Under the pieces are notes generated by a model. It ran no database searches. It saw only the letters and a list, made by a program, of their open reading frames with translations, and was not told the origin of the DNA. From the NCBI RefSeq assembly GCF_001194135.2, contig NC_068984.1, positions 110,261,321 through 110,325,320 of the forward strand: a stretch of DNA of 64,000 nucleotides, in the 5' to 3' direction. The DNA comes from Octopus bimaculoides. Its lineage: Eukaryota. Every line of letters begins with the position of its first letter. Position 1 is the first letter of the stretch. Of this stretch, positions 23,410 to 35,819 are shown piece after piece. Made by a program: the position numbers and the translations under genes.

Positions 23410-23710
23410 ATGATGGAATCTCCTGTCGAAAACAACGTATGAGTGTTCAGGTTTTTGCTGAACTACCTGCACAAATGATTTGTTCAAAATGAGATCGAAT
23501 GTATGTGCTGTACATTAGCTCTACTCCTTCCATCAAATCGAAGTTGTCTGAACAGGTGCACAGTGTACTATACGTTAGGTGTCGAAGTGATCGCGGGGCA
23601 ACGTGAGATAAGGTGTTTTGCTCAAGAGCATAATGCACTACCCGTTCCAGGAATTGAAATAACGATCTCGTGACCGTGAGTGCAGCACCATAACCACTAA
23701 GCCATGTGCC
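23410..23710 (-). mobile_element. tRNA-derived SINE family D (TTGAGCAAAACACTT, CORE-like domain)
   Basis: Reverse complement resembles 33725-33875, 60405-60560 and 63480-63660. tRNA-like head with TGGCTTAGTGGTTA. Confidence 0.75.
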
Positions 23711-24335
23711 CCCCCCTCTCCGCCACATGTACATCTATCTATCTATCTATATATATATATATATATATATCCGTGTGTTGTGTCTGCGTGTGTGTATGTG
23801 ATTATGTTTCATCAAATACACGATTGTGTTCAAGTCTTATCATTTTCATTTTGGATTTCTAGTGCTTTCGTGTTAACTTTTTTAGAAATATTTGAGACAA
23901 CAGAATTCCTAAATTCATATTCGCCCTTTCCGGACAAGCAATCTCATTTTCAAGAACTGAATAGAATGTTTGATATACACTGTTGAGTTACATACTGTTT
24001 GCAAACTGTCAAAAAACATTTTCTGCCAAAGTATTTTTTTTTTACCATTTTCCTTCTACGTCAACAGTCCCCTAATAATTTATTTTGTTGTGGTCAAATT
24101 TTTGTATATATTCAGGTATCTCTCCGAGTTAATTCATTAACATCATCATATCATTATGATTATTAGTTATTTTGCAGGTTTCCTCGCCGGAAATACTAAG
24201 GGTAAATACATATTTTATAAAATTCCACACAAAAATAAAAATCAGTTATGCTCATATGGCAATACAATGCGAAAATTAACACGCTGAAACACATATCGAA
24301 AAACGAATGCTTCAGTACTGATATAACAATTATAA

Positions 24336-24770
24336 AAGGCAGCAAACTGGCAGAAACGTTAGCACGCCGGGCAAAATGTAGCGGTATTTCGTCTGTCGTT
24401 ACGTTCTGAGTTCAAATTCCGCCGAGGTCGACTTTGCCTTTCATCCTTTTGGGGTCGATAAATTAAGTATCAGTTACGCACTGAAGGTCGATGTAATCAA
24501 CTTAATCCCTTTGTCTTTCCTTGTTTGTCCCCTCTATGTTTAGCCCCTTGTGAGCAATAAAGAAATAAGAAACGTTAGCCTGTCTGCCGAAATGCTTAGC
24601 GGTATTTCGTGTCTTTACGTTCTGAGTTCAAATTTCGCCGAAGTCGACTTTGCCTTTCATCCTTTCGGGGTCGATAAATTAAGTGCCAGTTGCGTACTGG
24701 CGTCGATCTAATCGACTGGTCCCTTCCCCCAAAATTTCGAGCCTTGTGCCTAGAGTAGAAAAGATATAAA
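24336..24770 (+). mobile_element. Dimeric SINE family A
   Basis: Two head-to-tail monomers (24336-24568 and 24569-24770) sharing GAAACGTTAGC...GAGTTCAAATT...CTTTGCCTTTCATCCTTT.GGGGTCGATAAATTAAGT, with different tails. Confidence 0.9.
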
Positions 24771-25511
24771 AATTATGAGCCTAGCTCTCAAAATTTGAAC
24801 GTGCGAAGACAGGTGTGTGTGTAGATGCGGTTTTGTATAGCATACGACGATCAGATACTTGATACTTATAAATTCAACAGAAATAATTTTAAAAAAACAT
24901 CTAAACTAAACAAGAAATCTATGAAAATTAAGGTGACATAGATACCTGCTACATTGGTTAAAAAGTCAACTAGTTTATCACATCTTCGTTGATTAAACTT
25001 CTGTGTTTTCCATATTGCATTATATCTTTTCTCAATCTTTACTGTTTGTTTATACACCATCGCTTTCCAAAACACATTCGAGACTTGCTATATTGTGTAT
25101 ATTTTTTTTAAAGTTTTATTCGCTTCAAAATGTTCAGGGTTTTTATTATTTTTAAAAGTATAATGTTTATTAAAATAACATCTTGGCCAAAGGCTAAACA
25201 TGTACTGTAAGTCGTGTATTATAATCAGTTAGATCTGCTTCAGTATTTAAATACCTTGCTGGATTGACGAGAGAGTTATGATTTGAAGTAGGAATATTAA
25301 CAGTTATTTGTTTGTATTGACAGTAGAGTTCCAAAATTCACCGCCAACCTATATTAGATATTATAAATAGTAAGTGCCTGTTTGGGACAGTAAAGCTAAC
25401 CTTGTCCTGTGATGGGTCTCAAAACAAGCACCTACCTTTTCTGTGCTAATGGCTTACCGTTCGGTTTACAAAGCTCCAGCTATTCTATAATAATGACGTA
25501 ACTAGATACTA

Positions 25512-25722
25512 CAGGGTGTCCACAAAGTCTGGGTACACAGGATTAATACATACTTTAAGAAATCATTATTTCTTATATTTAATTGTTTATGTTATGATTT
25601 TATTTACTCCATGTACCCACATGGGGATTAACACATACTTTAAGAAATTATTATTTCTTATATTTAATTGTTTATGTTAGGATTTTATTTACTCTTTGTA
25701 CCCAGTCTTTGTGGACATCCTG
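25512..25722. mobile_element. Tc1/mariner-type MITE
   Basis: TIRs CAGGGTGTCCACAAAGTCTGGGTACA and TGTACCCAGTCTTTGTGGACATCCTG, TA on both sides, internal ~85-bp tandem duplication. Confidence 0.92.
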
Positions 25723-26094
25723 TATAATTTCTGCTGTTTGAAGTGAAATTTAAGAGACAAAAACAGAAATTTTTTAAGAGGACGATTTCTATTCTTATGT
25801 AGGATATGCAACCAGATACCCACTAATATCACTACTTGGCTCTTTGGGTATCTTTATTGCAATCTAATATGTTACAATAATTTGAACCAGATCTTCAGAC
25901 TAAGTGACGTCTTCAAAGAGTCTCGCGAATGTTAGTCTCTGAAAACATAATGATTGCGGTATTTTTTTCTCTTTAAAGTCACTTACAATAGAAAAATAAA
26001 ACTAGTATTTCATCTCCAAATGAAAAATGTTAATACTTAATGCTAACTGATTAGGCTAATCTAGTAATCGACTTTGGTAGTATTAATATAGTGG

Positions 26095-26300
26095 ATTTAG
26101 CGGCATTTCGTCTGTCTTTACATGCCGCCGTTTTCAACTTTACATTAGCGGCATTTCGTCTGTCTTTACATTCCACCGCGGTCAACTTTGTGTTTCATCT
26201 ATTCGAGATCGAGAAAATAAGTACCAGTGGAATACTGAGGTAGTTATACTCGACTTAAGCCTCCCACCCTCGAAAATACTGGCTCTGTGCCAAAACTTGA
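26095..26300 (+). mobile_element. SINE family A, degenerate, with internal duplication
   Basis: TTAGCGGCATTTCGTCTGTCTTTACAT occurs twice, followed by the family A core and tail. Confidence 0.7.
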
Positions 26301-26454
26301 AATCAATATTGTTATGGTGCAGGAGTGGCTGTGTGGTTTTCAAACAGGGTCCATTTGGCCCTTAGGGGACTATATAAGATTTTTGTTGTTAAAATGTATC
26401 TGCAATAAATTGGTCGTACTTGTACAATACACAAAATTTTAAAATAATTATGTA

Positions 26455-26828
26455 GGCGCAGGAGTGGCTGTGTGGTAAGTAGCTTGCTTACCAACCACAT
26501 GGTTCGGGGTTCAGTCCCACTGCATGGCACCTTGGGCTGACCAAAGCCTTCTGAGTGGATTTGGTAGACAGAAACTGAAAGAAGCCTGTCGTATATGTGT
26601 ATATGTATATATGTGTGTGTTTGTGTGTCTGTGTTCCCCCCCCCCACACACACAACATCACTTGACAACCGATGCTGGTGTTTACGTCCCCGTAAACTAG
26701 CGGTTCGGCAAAACAGACCGATTGAAAAGTACTAGGCTTACAAAAAATAAGTCCTGGGGTCGATTTGCTCGACTAAAGGCGGTGCTCCAGCATGGCCGCA
26801 GTCAAATGACTGAAATAAGTAAAAGAGT
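26455..26828 (+). mobile_element. Near full-length tRNA-derived SINE family B
   Basis: Head GGCGCAGGAGTGGCTGTGTGGTAAG, B-box-like GGTTCAGTCCC, central (TA/GT)n, tail AAATGACTGAAATAAGTAAAAGAG. Collinear with 53233-53625. Confidence 0.92.
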
Positions 26829-27390
26829 GTATAGTGGATAAAAATCATAGAATACTGAGTAAAACAACTTGCAGNNNNNNNNNNNNNNNNNNNNNNNNNN
26901 NNNNNNNNNNNNNNNNNNNNNNNNNNNNNNNNNNNNNNNNNNNNNNNNNNNNNNNNNNNNNNNNNNNNNNNNNNNNNNNNNNNNNNNNNNNNNNNNNNNN
27001 NNNNNNNNNNNNNNNNNNNNNNNNNNNNNNNNNNNNNNNNNNNNNNNNNNNNNNNNNNNNNNNNNNNNNNNNNNNNNNNNNNNNNNNNNNNNNNNNNNNN
27101 NNNNNNNNNNNNNNNNNNNNNNNNNNNNNNNNNNNNNNNNNNNNNNNNNNNNNNNNNNNNNNNNNNNNNNNNNNNNNNNNNNNNNNNNNNNNNNNNNNNN
27201 NNNNNNNNNNNNNNNNNNNNNNNNNNNNNNNNNNNNNNNNNNNNNNNNNNNNNNNNNNNNGAAAAGCAAAGTCGACCTCGGTGGAATTTGAACTTAGTCT
27301 GTAAGGACGGTCGAAATGCCACTGCGTATTTTGCCTTGCGTGCTAACGAGTCTCACAGTTTGCTGCCTTAAAAAAAAAATAAATAAAAAA

Positions 27391-27466
<76 letters not shown>

Positions 27467-27480
27467 CAATAATAATAAAT

Positions 27481-28550
27481 GGTAAGAAAACCCTCTCGAT
27501 GGGAAATACCCAAAGAAGGCTAATAAGGTCGATGTTGACTAAGTGATTCTCCATCAATGGTTAGTGCTTTCTGGCTTAAAATTAGAGACAGAAGGGCTTA
27601 TCATAGCAGCCCAAGATCGATGCCTACCTACAAGAGTCTACCAGGCCAACATCTTTAAGAGCGGTATTAACCCAACATGTTGTGTACGTAAGCAACAAAA
27701 TGAAACCGTTGATCATATCTCCATGTGCAGTCCTCTTGCACCAACAGAATATCTCAACAGGCATGATAGAGCAACACAGTATATTCACTGGGTAATTTGC
27801 AAAATCTTGTACCTACCCCATGATAAAAACTGGTGGGAACACAAACCACCGCCAGTGCTTGAAAGTCACAACATCTCACTCCTTTGGAACTTCACCGTTC
27901 AAACTGACAAAAAGATAGATGCAAATAGGCCAGACATTATTATATTAAAGGATTTCATACAAAAATCATGCCTCCTCATCGATATGACTATTCCAATAGA
28001 CATAAATGTATCTGTCGAGATCAACCAAAAACTAAGCAAGTATAAAGATCTTGAAATAGAAATTGGCAAAATGTGTAACTTCAAGACTAAACAAAATGCC
28101 TGTTGACACAGGTTCCTTGGGAATGATAACAAAAGGGGCTGACTGCTACCTAGCTCAGATATCTGGAAATTCAAAAATGGAAGAAATTCAAAGTATAGTG
28201 CACATGGGAACCGCCCATATCCTACGTCAAATATTACCTATGTAATCGCAAAAGGATTTTAATCTGTAAACAGTGTCAAAATACTTTTAAATGTACGTAA
28301 CAACAAACACCTTTTTACTGTCATCTTGATATCAGACTATCATCTTATAATCAAATTACTTTTAAAACAAACTTCTAATTTTCTTATGTTTTGACAGAAA
28401 TTCTCTAGAACAATACTCTGTGCAATACCAAATATATGGCACCCTAGTCATAACACCAACTTGAACTTCTAACTTGTTGTCTCTTGAGGTCTCTGGGTGA
28501 GACTTGGAGTCGACTTGTACAAATACAAAGCAAAAGCCAAACATATACTA
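27481..28550 (+). pseudogene. 5'-truncated R4/Dong-type non-LTR retrotransposon: CCHC knuckle + restriction-like endonuclease + 3' UTR
   Basis: ETEGLIIAAQDRCL...CCVRKQQNETVDHISMC...RHDRATQYIHWVIC...WWEHKPPPV...LWNFTVQTDKKIDANRPDII...LIDMTIPID...KLSKYKDLEIEI, then after a frameshift GSLGMI...GTAHILRQIL*. TAA arrays on both sides (27395-27480, 28551-28570). Confidence 0.92.
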
Positions 28551-28607
28551 CTACTAATAATAATAATAATATGAAGAAGAAGAAGAATAAGAATAATAAG
28601 AAGAACA

Positions 28608-29129
28608 GCCCTGATGCAGTACCAGGCACTGGCTCTCATAGCTTCTGATCTTAATTGATTGGAAGTGCTATCATATACATGTTTTGTCTTGGTATAAAAA
28701 ATGGCTACAGCGAATATTCTACATTATTTACATTATTTACATTTGACGGATATTCGCCCTCATCTTGTTTGTTGTTAACACAAGATTTGCTTGTCAGTTG
28801 TTTGACCTTAACCAGTTGAGCATGTCCCTTAGTGGCTAACGATATGTGCATCTCTGATGTGGAGAAGAATTCTTTGAGATTTGAATAATTCACCTCTGGA
28901 AACATTGGTGTTTCGTTCAACATCCTTAAACAACGCTTATACAAGGACCTTTTCAGCGGGTTGGGTTACTCTACCTTAAGGAAATCCTAATTGGGCCATG
29001 CACTGTTTATCTTGATATGAGATCACTATGTTGCGCACATATGGTTGTGATGCATGTGCCGGGTAGTCATGTGGGTTTCGTATATTTTACCCCAGTGTCA
29101 TTTTGATGGCATGCACTGCTCTTTTACTC
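28608..29129 (+). mobile_element. ~520-bp non-coding retroelement ending in (AAT)n, probable non-autonomous partner of the RLE LINEs
   Basis: 5' end GCCCTGATGCAGTACCAGGCA is shared with 50351. 3' end GCATGCACTGCTC...ACTC(AAT)n is shared with 39201-39315 and the reverse complement of 6628-6897. No ORF. Confidence 0.8.
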
Positions 29130-29164
<35 letters not shown>

Positions 29165-29179
29165 TAACGATAGTAATAA

Positions 29180-29458
29180 TCTTTTCTTTATTGGCCACAC
29201 ACACAACAAAAAGGTCAATACAAGGACACGGACAAGTGGGGCCTAACACAAAAACGCACGGAAACAATAAAATAGCAGTAACAACAAAAAAATTAAACAA
29301 TAATAATAGAAATCCTCAATCTCCCTACCAAGGAACTCTGTACATTCTGGTTACCCCGGACCACAAGGGAATCTCAGGCAGGGACTCCTCCCCCCTTCAA
29401 TCCTTCCGACTTGTTCAGAGTAGGCCATTCTCACTACATTCACTTTCATTTCAACAAA
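29180..29458 (-). mobile_element. Probable L1/Tx1-like LINE 3' end
   Basis: On the minus strand, a short ORF end (VEMKVNVVRMAYSEQV) leads into a GT/T-rich 3' UTR ending AATAAAGAAAAGA. Family assignment is from recall only. Confidence 0.4.
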
Positions 29459-29459
29459 A

Positions 29460-30100
29460 ATGATAATCCTTTCTACTATAGATACAAGGCCTGGATTTGT
29501 GGCGAGGAATAAATCGATCACATCGACTCCATTGCTCAACTGGTATTTATTTTATCAACTCCGAAAGGATGAAAGACAAAGCCGACATCGGCGAAATTTG
29601 AACTTAGAACGTAAAGTCGGACGAAATGCCGCCGCTAAGCATTTTGCATGGCGTGCTAACGATTCTGCCAGCTTGCCGCTCTTTCTCAGCAACAACAACA
29701 ACAATAATAATAACAATAATTTCTGATTTAGGCGCAAGGCCTATGACTTTTTTCCGAGAGAGGGATTTCGTCAATGCCAACGACTCCATTACAAGATAGA
29801 CTGGTACTTTATTTTTATCGACCCTAGAATTTGAAAGGGAAGTTGAGCTCGGTAGTATTTCAATTCGGTATATGAAGAGCCAAACGAAACCTCACCCGGC
29901 ATTTTAGCCGATGCTCTTACAATTCTTCTATTTTAGGAGGAGGGCGTTAAACTGAATACATCGACTCTAGTACTTAAATGATACTGATGAAAGGCGATGT
30001 CGATTTGGTGGAATTTGAACTCAAAAACGTAAGAAGCTGGAGAGCTGGAAGAAATGCCGCTAAACAGTTTGTCCTACGCGCTAACGCTTCTGTCAGCTCA
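29460..30100 (-). mobile_element. Three consecutive SINE family A monomers
   Basis: Three repeats of the reverse-strand ACTGGTACTT.ATTTTATCGAC...GGAATTTGAACTC motif at ~29460-29680, 29725-29930 and 29960-30100. Confidence 0.8.
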
Positions 30101-30104
30101 CTGT

Positions 30105-30229
30105 ACCACTACTGCTACTACTACTACTACTACAACTACTACTACTACTTTTACTACTGTTGCTGCTACTACTAATGATAGAAGTAACGATGATGATGAT
30201 GATGATGATAATAAATTGAAGGAATGAGA

Positions 30230-30261
<32 letters not shown>

Positions 30262-30455
30262 GAGAAAATCTAGTAGTAGAAGGAACCAGATAGGAAACAC
30301 ACCAAAATAAAATCGAACACAAGGTACTGTAAGAAGAAAATGTAACTGGCAGAATGATGAGAAGGAAGCAAAAAACTTGAAAACCAAGAATAAAAAGTTA
30401 GAAAAATCTGTTGCTGCTGCTGCTGCTGTTGATGATGATGATGATGATGATGACT
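30105..30455. repeat. Compound trinucleotide arrays (TAC, GAT, GAA, GCT)
   Basis: Directly visible. Confidence 0.9.
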
Positions 30456-31339
30456 GTAATGAATTAAAAACCAAAAAACAAGCAAACAAAAAAACTGCGG
30501 CAGGTTTATGATTATCTTGGTAGAAGAGAGTGGGAGAGCTGATGGAAGCTGTTGTTTTTGCTTGTTTTGTTCAAACAGTCTTTGACTAGCTTCTTTACGT
30601 TCTGAAGAATTCTGTCGAAACTGGGAAAGTGCCACCTGTGAAATGTTTGTTAAGGTTTTCTTCATTAGAAATTCTGTACATGGCATCGTTTTTTTTAAAC
30701 AATATTTACATGTTTTGTTGTTCTTCAANNNNNNNNNNCAATCACACATACACACACTCACACACATATATATACGTGTATATGTGTGTGAGTGTGTGTA
30801 TGTGTGTGTGTTTGTGCATGTGATTGTGTTTGTATTTTTTTATATTTCACTTTGATTGATATAATAGGGAGGTATATTTGGGAATTGAAATATAAGAGGA
30901 AATTGGGAGGAAAAGAAAGAGAGATCAACAGAATAGGTTTAAAGAAAGTTGAAAAGCGATATAGAGGGGTAAAAAAAGAATGAGGAAGAAAGTAGCGTAG
31001 AGAAAGAAAGCTGAAATGGAGTAAATAATAATAACAATAATTAAGAGGACAAGTATGAATGGGAGAGTTAATACTTCGATAAATAGACCGATAGATAGAT
31101 AGATAGATAGCAAGATAGATAAACAAATAGATAAATAAATAAATAGATAGATAGATAGATAGAGAGCGAAAGAGAGAAACTGTGAAAAAGAGAGTGAGAG
31201 AGAGAAATAGAGCTAGAGAGAGAGAGAGAGAGGAAAACTTGAAAGTAGAAACGGAAAGAAAGGACATTATTATGAAATGACGAGAAAGAGACAGAATAAG
31301 AATTGGAATATCATAAAAGGGACTTCCTTGCATTAACCT

Positions 31340-31800
31340 TAAGGTACTTCGTAGCTAACAGCAAGTGCCATAAGCTATTTAATAAGGACAACGTGAAAAT
31401 TAGGTACAAGTGCACAAAAGAATTTCCGTAATGTTACAATGAATTAGCACCTTGGGGCGAGCTAAGATAACATCTAGGAACAAAGGTTCACAAAATATAA
31501 TTGCATATAGATCCAAGAGAGCATACCAAGAGAGTAACTTGAAAATAAAGAAAAGCTACAATGATAAATGTGAAGGCAACTTCAAAAGACGTTTCTTCAG
31601 TCCCATTCCCCAACCAAAAAGAAGAGATGCAGAATGCTAAAACCTTGTCAAAACGTGCGATAACGTACTTCATGTACAGAGCTCCAAATATTCTTAACTA
31701 ATTCAAATCCCACTTGTAATGAGAAGAAAAAGCATGAGTTTCAACGACGCATTTTGTGAATGATGGCTCGCGAGAGAACTTTGAAATTTAAATTAATTAA
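31340..31800 (+). pseudogene. Decayed Penelope GIY-YIG endonuclease region
   Basis: Broken frames give HKLFNKDNVKIRYKCT (cf. HKIFNRNTVKISYSCM) and CEGNFKRRF (cf. YIGxxEGxFKxRY). Consensus motifs are from recall. Confidence 0.6.
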
Positions 31801-32829
31801 AATTTAAATGAAAGTATGCGTGTAGATTGAATCCAATCTTTAGTAGATAGGTTGGCAATTGGTAAAAAATTGAGAGACTTCAGTTTTATTACACTTGTCA
31901 GCAAGATGTAGACTCATACATGCTTACCAGATCATATAACGATCGAGCAGAATAGATAAAGATGTTTTTGTCTGAAGATTATTCAATGATTAGCAAATAT
32001 AAAATAATCGCATCAAAATATTGTGTAATCCCGATAATCTCTGAATAATACAAAACATTAGCATATCCATTCAGTTGTCTATGGACTAATAAATATGACC
32101 TAATAAATAGTGGAGCGGTCTAATAAACCAAATTATGTCCAGAACAGCCACCCTAATTGTCGAAGATCAGACTCACTACCACTGTATTATATAAGGATGT
32201 AATTTTTAATGAATTTAAACTCTGAAGTTCTTTTCTTTGAAATTTCTAAAAAGCTATCACTAATATCAATGGTTTTTCCTCTTCTTATGGCTGTAATAGA
32301 AATTAGATAAGAATTATTTTTCGTTCACAACACCAAATAATGTTAAACTGCAGTTGCTTATATGCTATTCAAATAGAAGATAGCTTTCGTAAAATTTTTC
32401 TCTGCTGAAATGTATATACCCGTTTGATCATATCATTGATATCGGTGAGTCAGTATCCAACAAACTTCAAAAAATGGAGTAGAGTAATATCAACTCCGCA
32501 ACACAGAAAGACAATGGATAAAATCTTCTAATTCGATATAATAAACAACAAAAATAAATAAATAACAAAAACAGGTTCGATATAATAAATAACATAAATA
32601 GATATAATGCTGACACAAGAACAATTCTACTTCTCAGTCAAGGTGAACCCAACTGACATGCAACAAACAAATATGGCCCATAATATGACATGTAAGCAAA
32701 GCAACAGTTGTATCATTGATGTCACGCCACCAACACGTCATCAGCAAATACAGGCCTGAATAATGTTCATAATCGAAGATTAATCAGCAGTAATGAAACA
32801 AAATATATATTACTTTATACATTCTAAAA

Positions 32830-33179
32830 CAGTGGTTCTTTAGGGGAACGCTCCCCTAGGGGAGAGTCAGTAATTTCCAACAGGGACGCGAGCCCTTCAG
32901 GATAAAACAAGAATTTCTCTAATTATATTTGTTATTTCCTTAAAGAGAGCATGATCAAATAATAAGAATTTTATGAAAAAATGCAAAAGCATCGCTTTAT
33001 ACTCTTAGTTTTCTTATTCTATTATCTTAGCGCCGCTTACCATTTTCTGTATCTATTGATCCCACTTCATATCCCTCAAAACCCTCACTAATTCTTCTAA
33101 TTCTTAATTGTATCTTTAACATTTGCCTTTATTTTGTATTTTGTTTTTGTTACAACAAGACTCAGGTTAAGAACTACTG
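32830..33179. mobile_element. hAT (Charlie-like) MITE
   Basis: TIRs CAGTGGTTCTT and AAGAACTACTG. 8-bp flanks TTCTAAAA and GTATAAAG fit an nTnTAAAn target. Confidence 0.65.
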
Positions 33180-33724
33180 GTATAAAGCTTAGATAATATT
33201 ATAGTGTAATGACAAACATATTTTTCAGTTAATGAATTATAAACAAGTTTGATTCACAATAAAACCAAAATTCTTTATATAAAATGTTTATGTTAAAAAT
33301 ATAGTAAATTTTTTGCAAGAAAAAAATTATAATATAAAGCCAAATATTAAACTAAAATTCAGACTTAAATATTACAGAAGGTACTAGGTAAAACTAAAAG
33401 CTATGTAAAATCTTTTCTTTTTTAAAGAAACTTTTTTGTATTTTCGTACAAGTAAATACAATATTTTATTGTACAAATTTTTCGTATAACTTTTCTTTTA
33501 ATTTGACTTTTATTCCAAATTTTTTTGTTTTAATTGTTTTCAGAACTTTTCTGCTCTCAATCACGGTCTGAGTTAAAGAAAAAAACAAATAATCACTCAT
33601 CTAACATGGGCCTTGACATTACTTTACACGTGCCTTATCTTTTGATCACATATTTGTGTTGTCCACTGTATATCAAATAATTCGCAACGAATGCAAAGAA
33701 ACAGAATATATTTGGATTCGTGTC

Positions 33725-33875
33725 CCTCCACGATGGTTAGGGTGTTGCACTCACGATCGCGAGATCGTGGTTTCAATTCCTAGATTGGGTGGTGTGTTTT
33801 GTTCTTGAGCAAAACACTTCATCTCACGTTGCTCTGATATCACTTCGACACCTGAAGCGTGATACACCGGGCACT
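33725..33875 (+). mobile_element. SINE family D
   Basis: tRNA-like head (GATGGTTAGGGTG...GGTTTCAATTCC) followed by TTCTTGAGCAAAACACTTCATCTCACGTTGCTC. Confidence 0.75.
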
Positions 33876-35819
33876 TAAATTAATGAATAAGTAAATATAT
33901 GTGTGTATGTATATATGTGTGTGTGCGTGTACGTGCGTGTGTGTATGTAGAGTGCAAAACATTAATTGAAAATTAACATTCTAAGTAAATTTATAAAAGT
34001 AGGCATTTATTCATATGTGCCCGTTAAAAATATAACAGAACATAAAGAACGTTATTACAGAAACTCCTGCAATACTTGAATTTTGAAGTGTTGGATATGT
34101 ATGTCAAATTGTAAGCTTATACTTTATCTAGAACTCCCCACGGATGAATATGCATTCCCTATCAACACTTGACACTCTGTTAGAGTATAGGAATAGGCTT
34201 AAAATTGACATTGGTAATGGCGCTTCTCGTTTTGAAACTGTTGTTGAATTTTTAAAAATTACCGAATTGATCCTGCTGTTGTAATTGGTGTTGTCCAAAG
34301 GCACTGATGTGGTAAGACTCCTGAAGCAATGAGAACAGGGTAATGACTTTTTTTTCAGTAACATAGGAAATATTTAGCCGTTAGTAAATGGAGAGTTCAA
34401 GATTTTTCATCACTCTATATTCTATAGCTACTTTACCTTTTGAGTTTCTTTTCTTGATTAAACATTTGTCGTTCAGTGCAGCCTGTTTAGCGAGGAGACA
34501 GAAATTTTATGATTGAAGTTTTAAAACGTAACTCAACCAGAAGTAAAGAAATCATAATATTTTAAATCTAAGAAGTTTAGAATAATGTGCCCGATCATTT
34601 AATCGTAAAGACTGAAGTTAACGAATATAATTGAATAGACCCGTCTATCATTTACTTATTTATTGTAATCAAAGTTAATTGCACTCAGTCAATAGCAGTA
34701 GAAAAGGCAACTAGGTAGATTTAGCATGGTGGGAACATCGTGGACATTTCACTGTACAATGAATAGAATGATAACAAGAATACTAGTTGAAGAAGCGCTG
34801 TTACAATAGCAGCAGCAGTATCAGTTTATGCTTCTTTGTGTATATGTAGATTCTGTTTAATCGTTTCTTATGCTATAACTATGCAGGAATGAATTTATGC
34901 AGCTGCAAAGCTTCAACATTGATGGGAGATGCAATTTATTCTGAGAGATCATTTCACATAAAATCAGATTAATAAATCCTACTTCTCTTTATCTGAAGCA
35001 CTTTGCAGTAGATGTGTCTGCTGCTAAGATGACACAACTTGAATAAATGATTTAGCAATTTATATGGAAACAAATGAGTTAAAAATTGAACGGTGTGTTA
35101 AATCATAAGGATGAATTATATTTTAATGGACATAATAGGCATCAATAAGACTGCAATGGTATTGTGGGATTAACATATAATCTAGAGCTTGTGCATGGGA
35201 TGAATAGTTAACCTCATAAGAACAGGTGTATATAAGTTACTTTGAATATGATTTTGGTCTAGGTTTGGAATATGGTTTGGTCTAGGTATAGTAGCAGAGT
35301 GGGGGAACTATTAATATATAAAATAAATGACATTTTAGAAGTATATGATTATGTTTGCTTCTCTCCAATTTAACAGTGATCGAGCAGCGCTGAAATAATA
35401 AGACATCCCATAAGTGACCGTCCCATAATAATGCATTTTAGAGACAACGTCGTTTAAGGTGACATTCCGTCGTTTAAACAATACAAGGTTTGATTTTGGA
35501 GAAATTTGGCTGTCCTTTCTAACAGGTTGAATTACATTGTAAAGTCTTCATTGCTGACTCGAAGAATATAGATGAAAGGTACATATACCAGATTTAAGCG
35601 ACTTGAGGAAGAATTAAAAGCGAAACTTAACACTGACAGGATTTGAACGCGGAATACAAGAGATCGTCATTAAAAACAACAATGCGTTCTGTCCAACGCT
35701 CTACAGATTATTCTGATCTACCAAAGGTTATGCTAAACCACCAACCTTACGAAATATATCATGAGAAATGGGATAAACCATTTTTTTCTATTGATGTCAA
35801 AGATTATAAGTGACTCAGT

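Noticed and set aside
30601-30640. CTGAAGA...CGAAAC hammerhead-like spacing
   Set aside because: No stem II can form (ATTCTGTC) and the triplet would be GUG, which is not cleavable.
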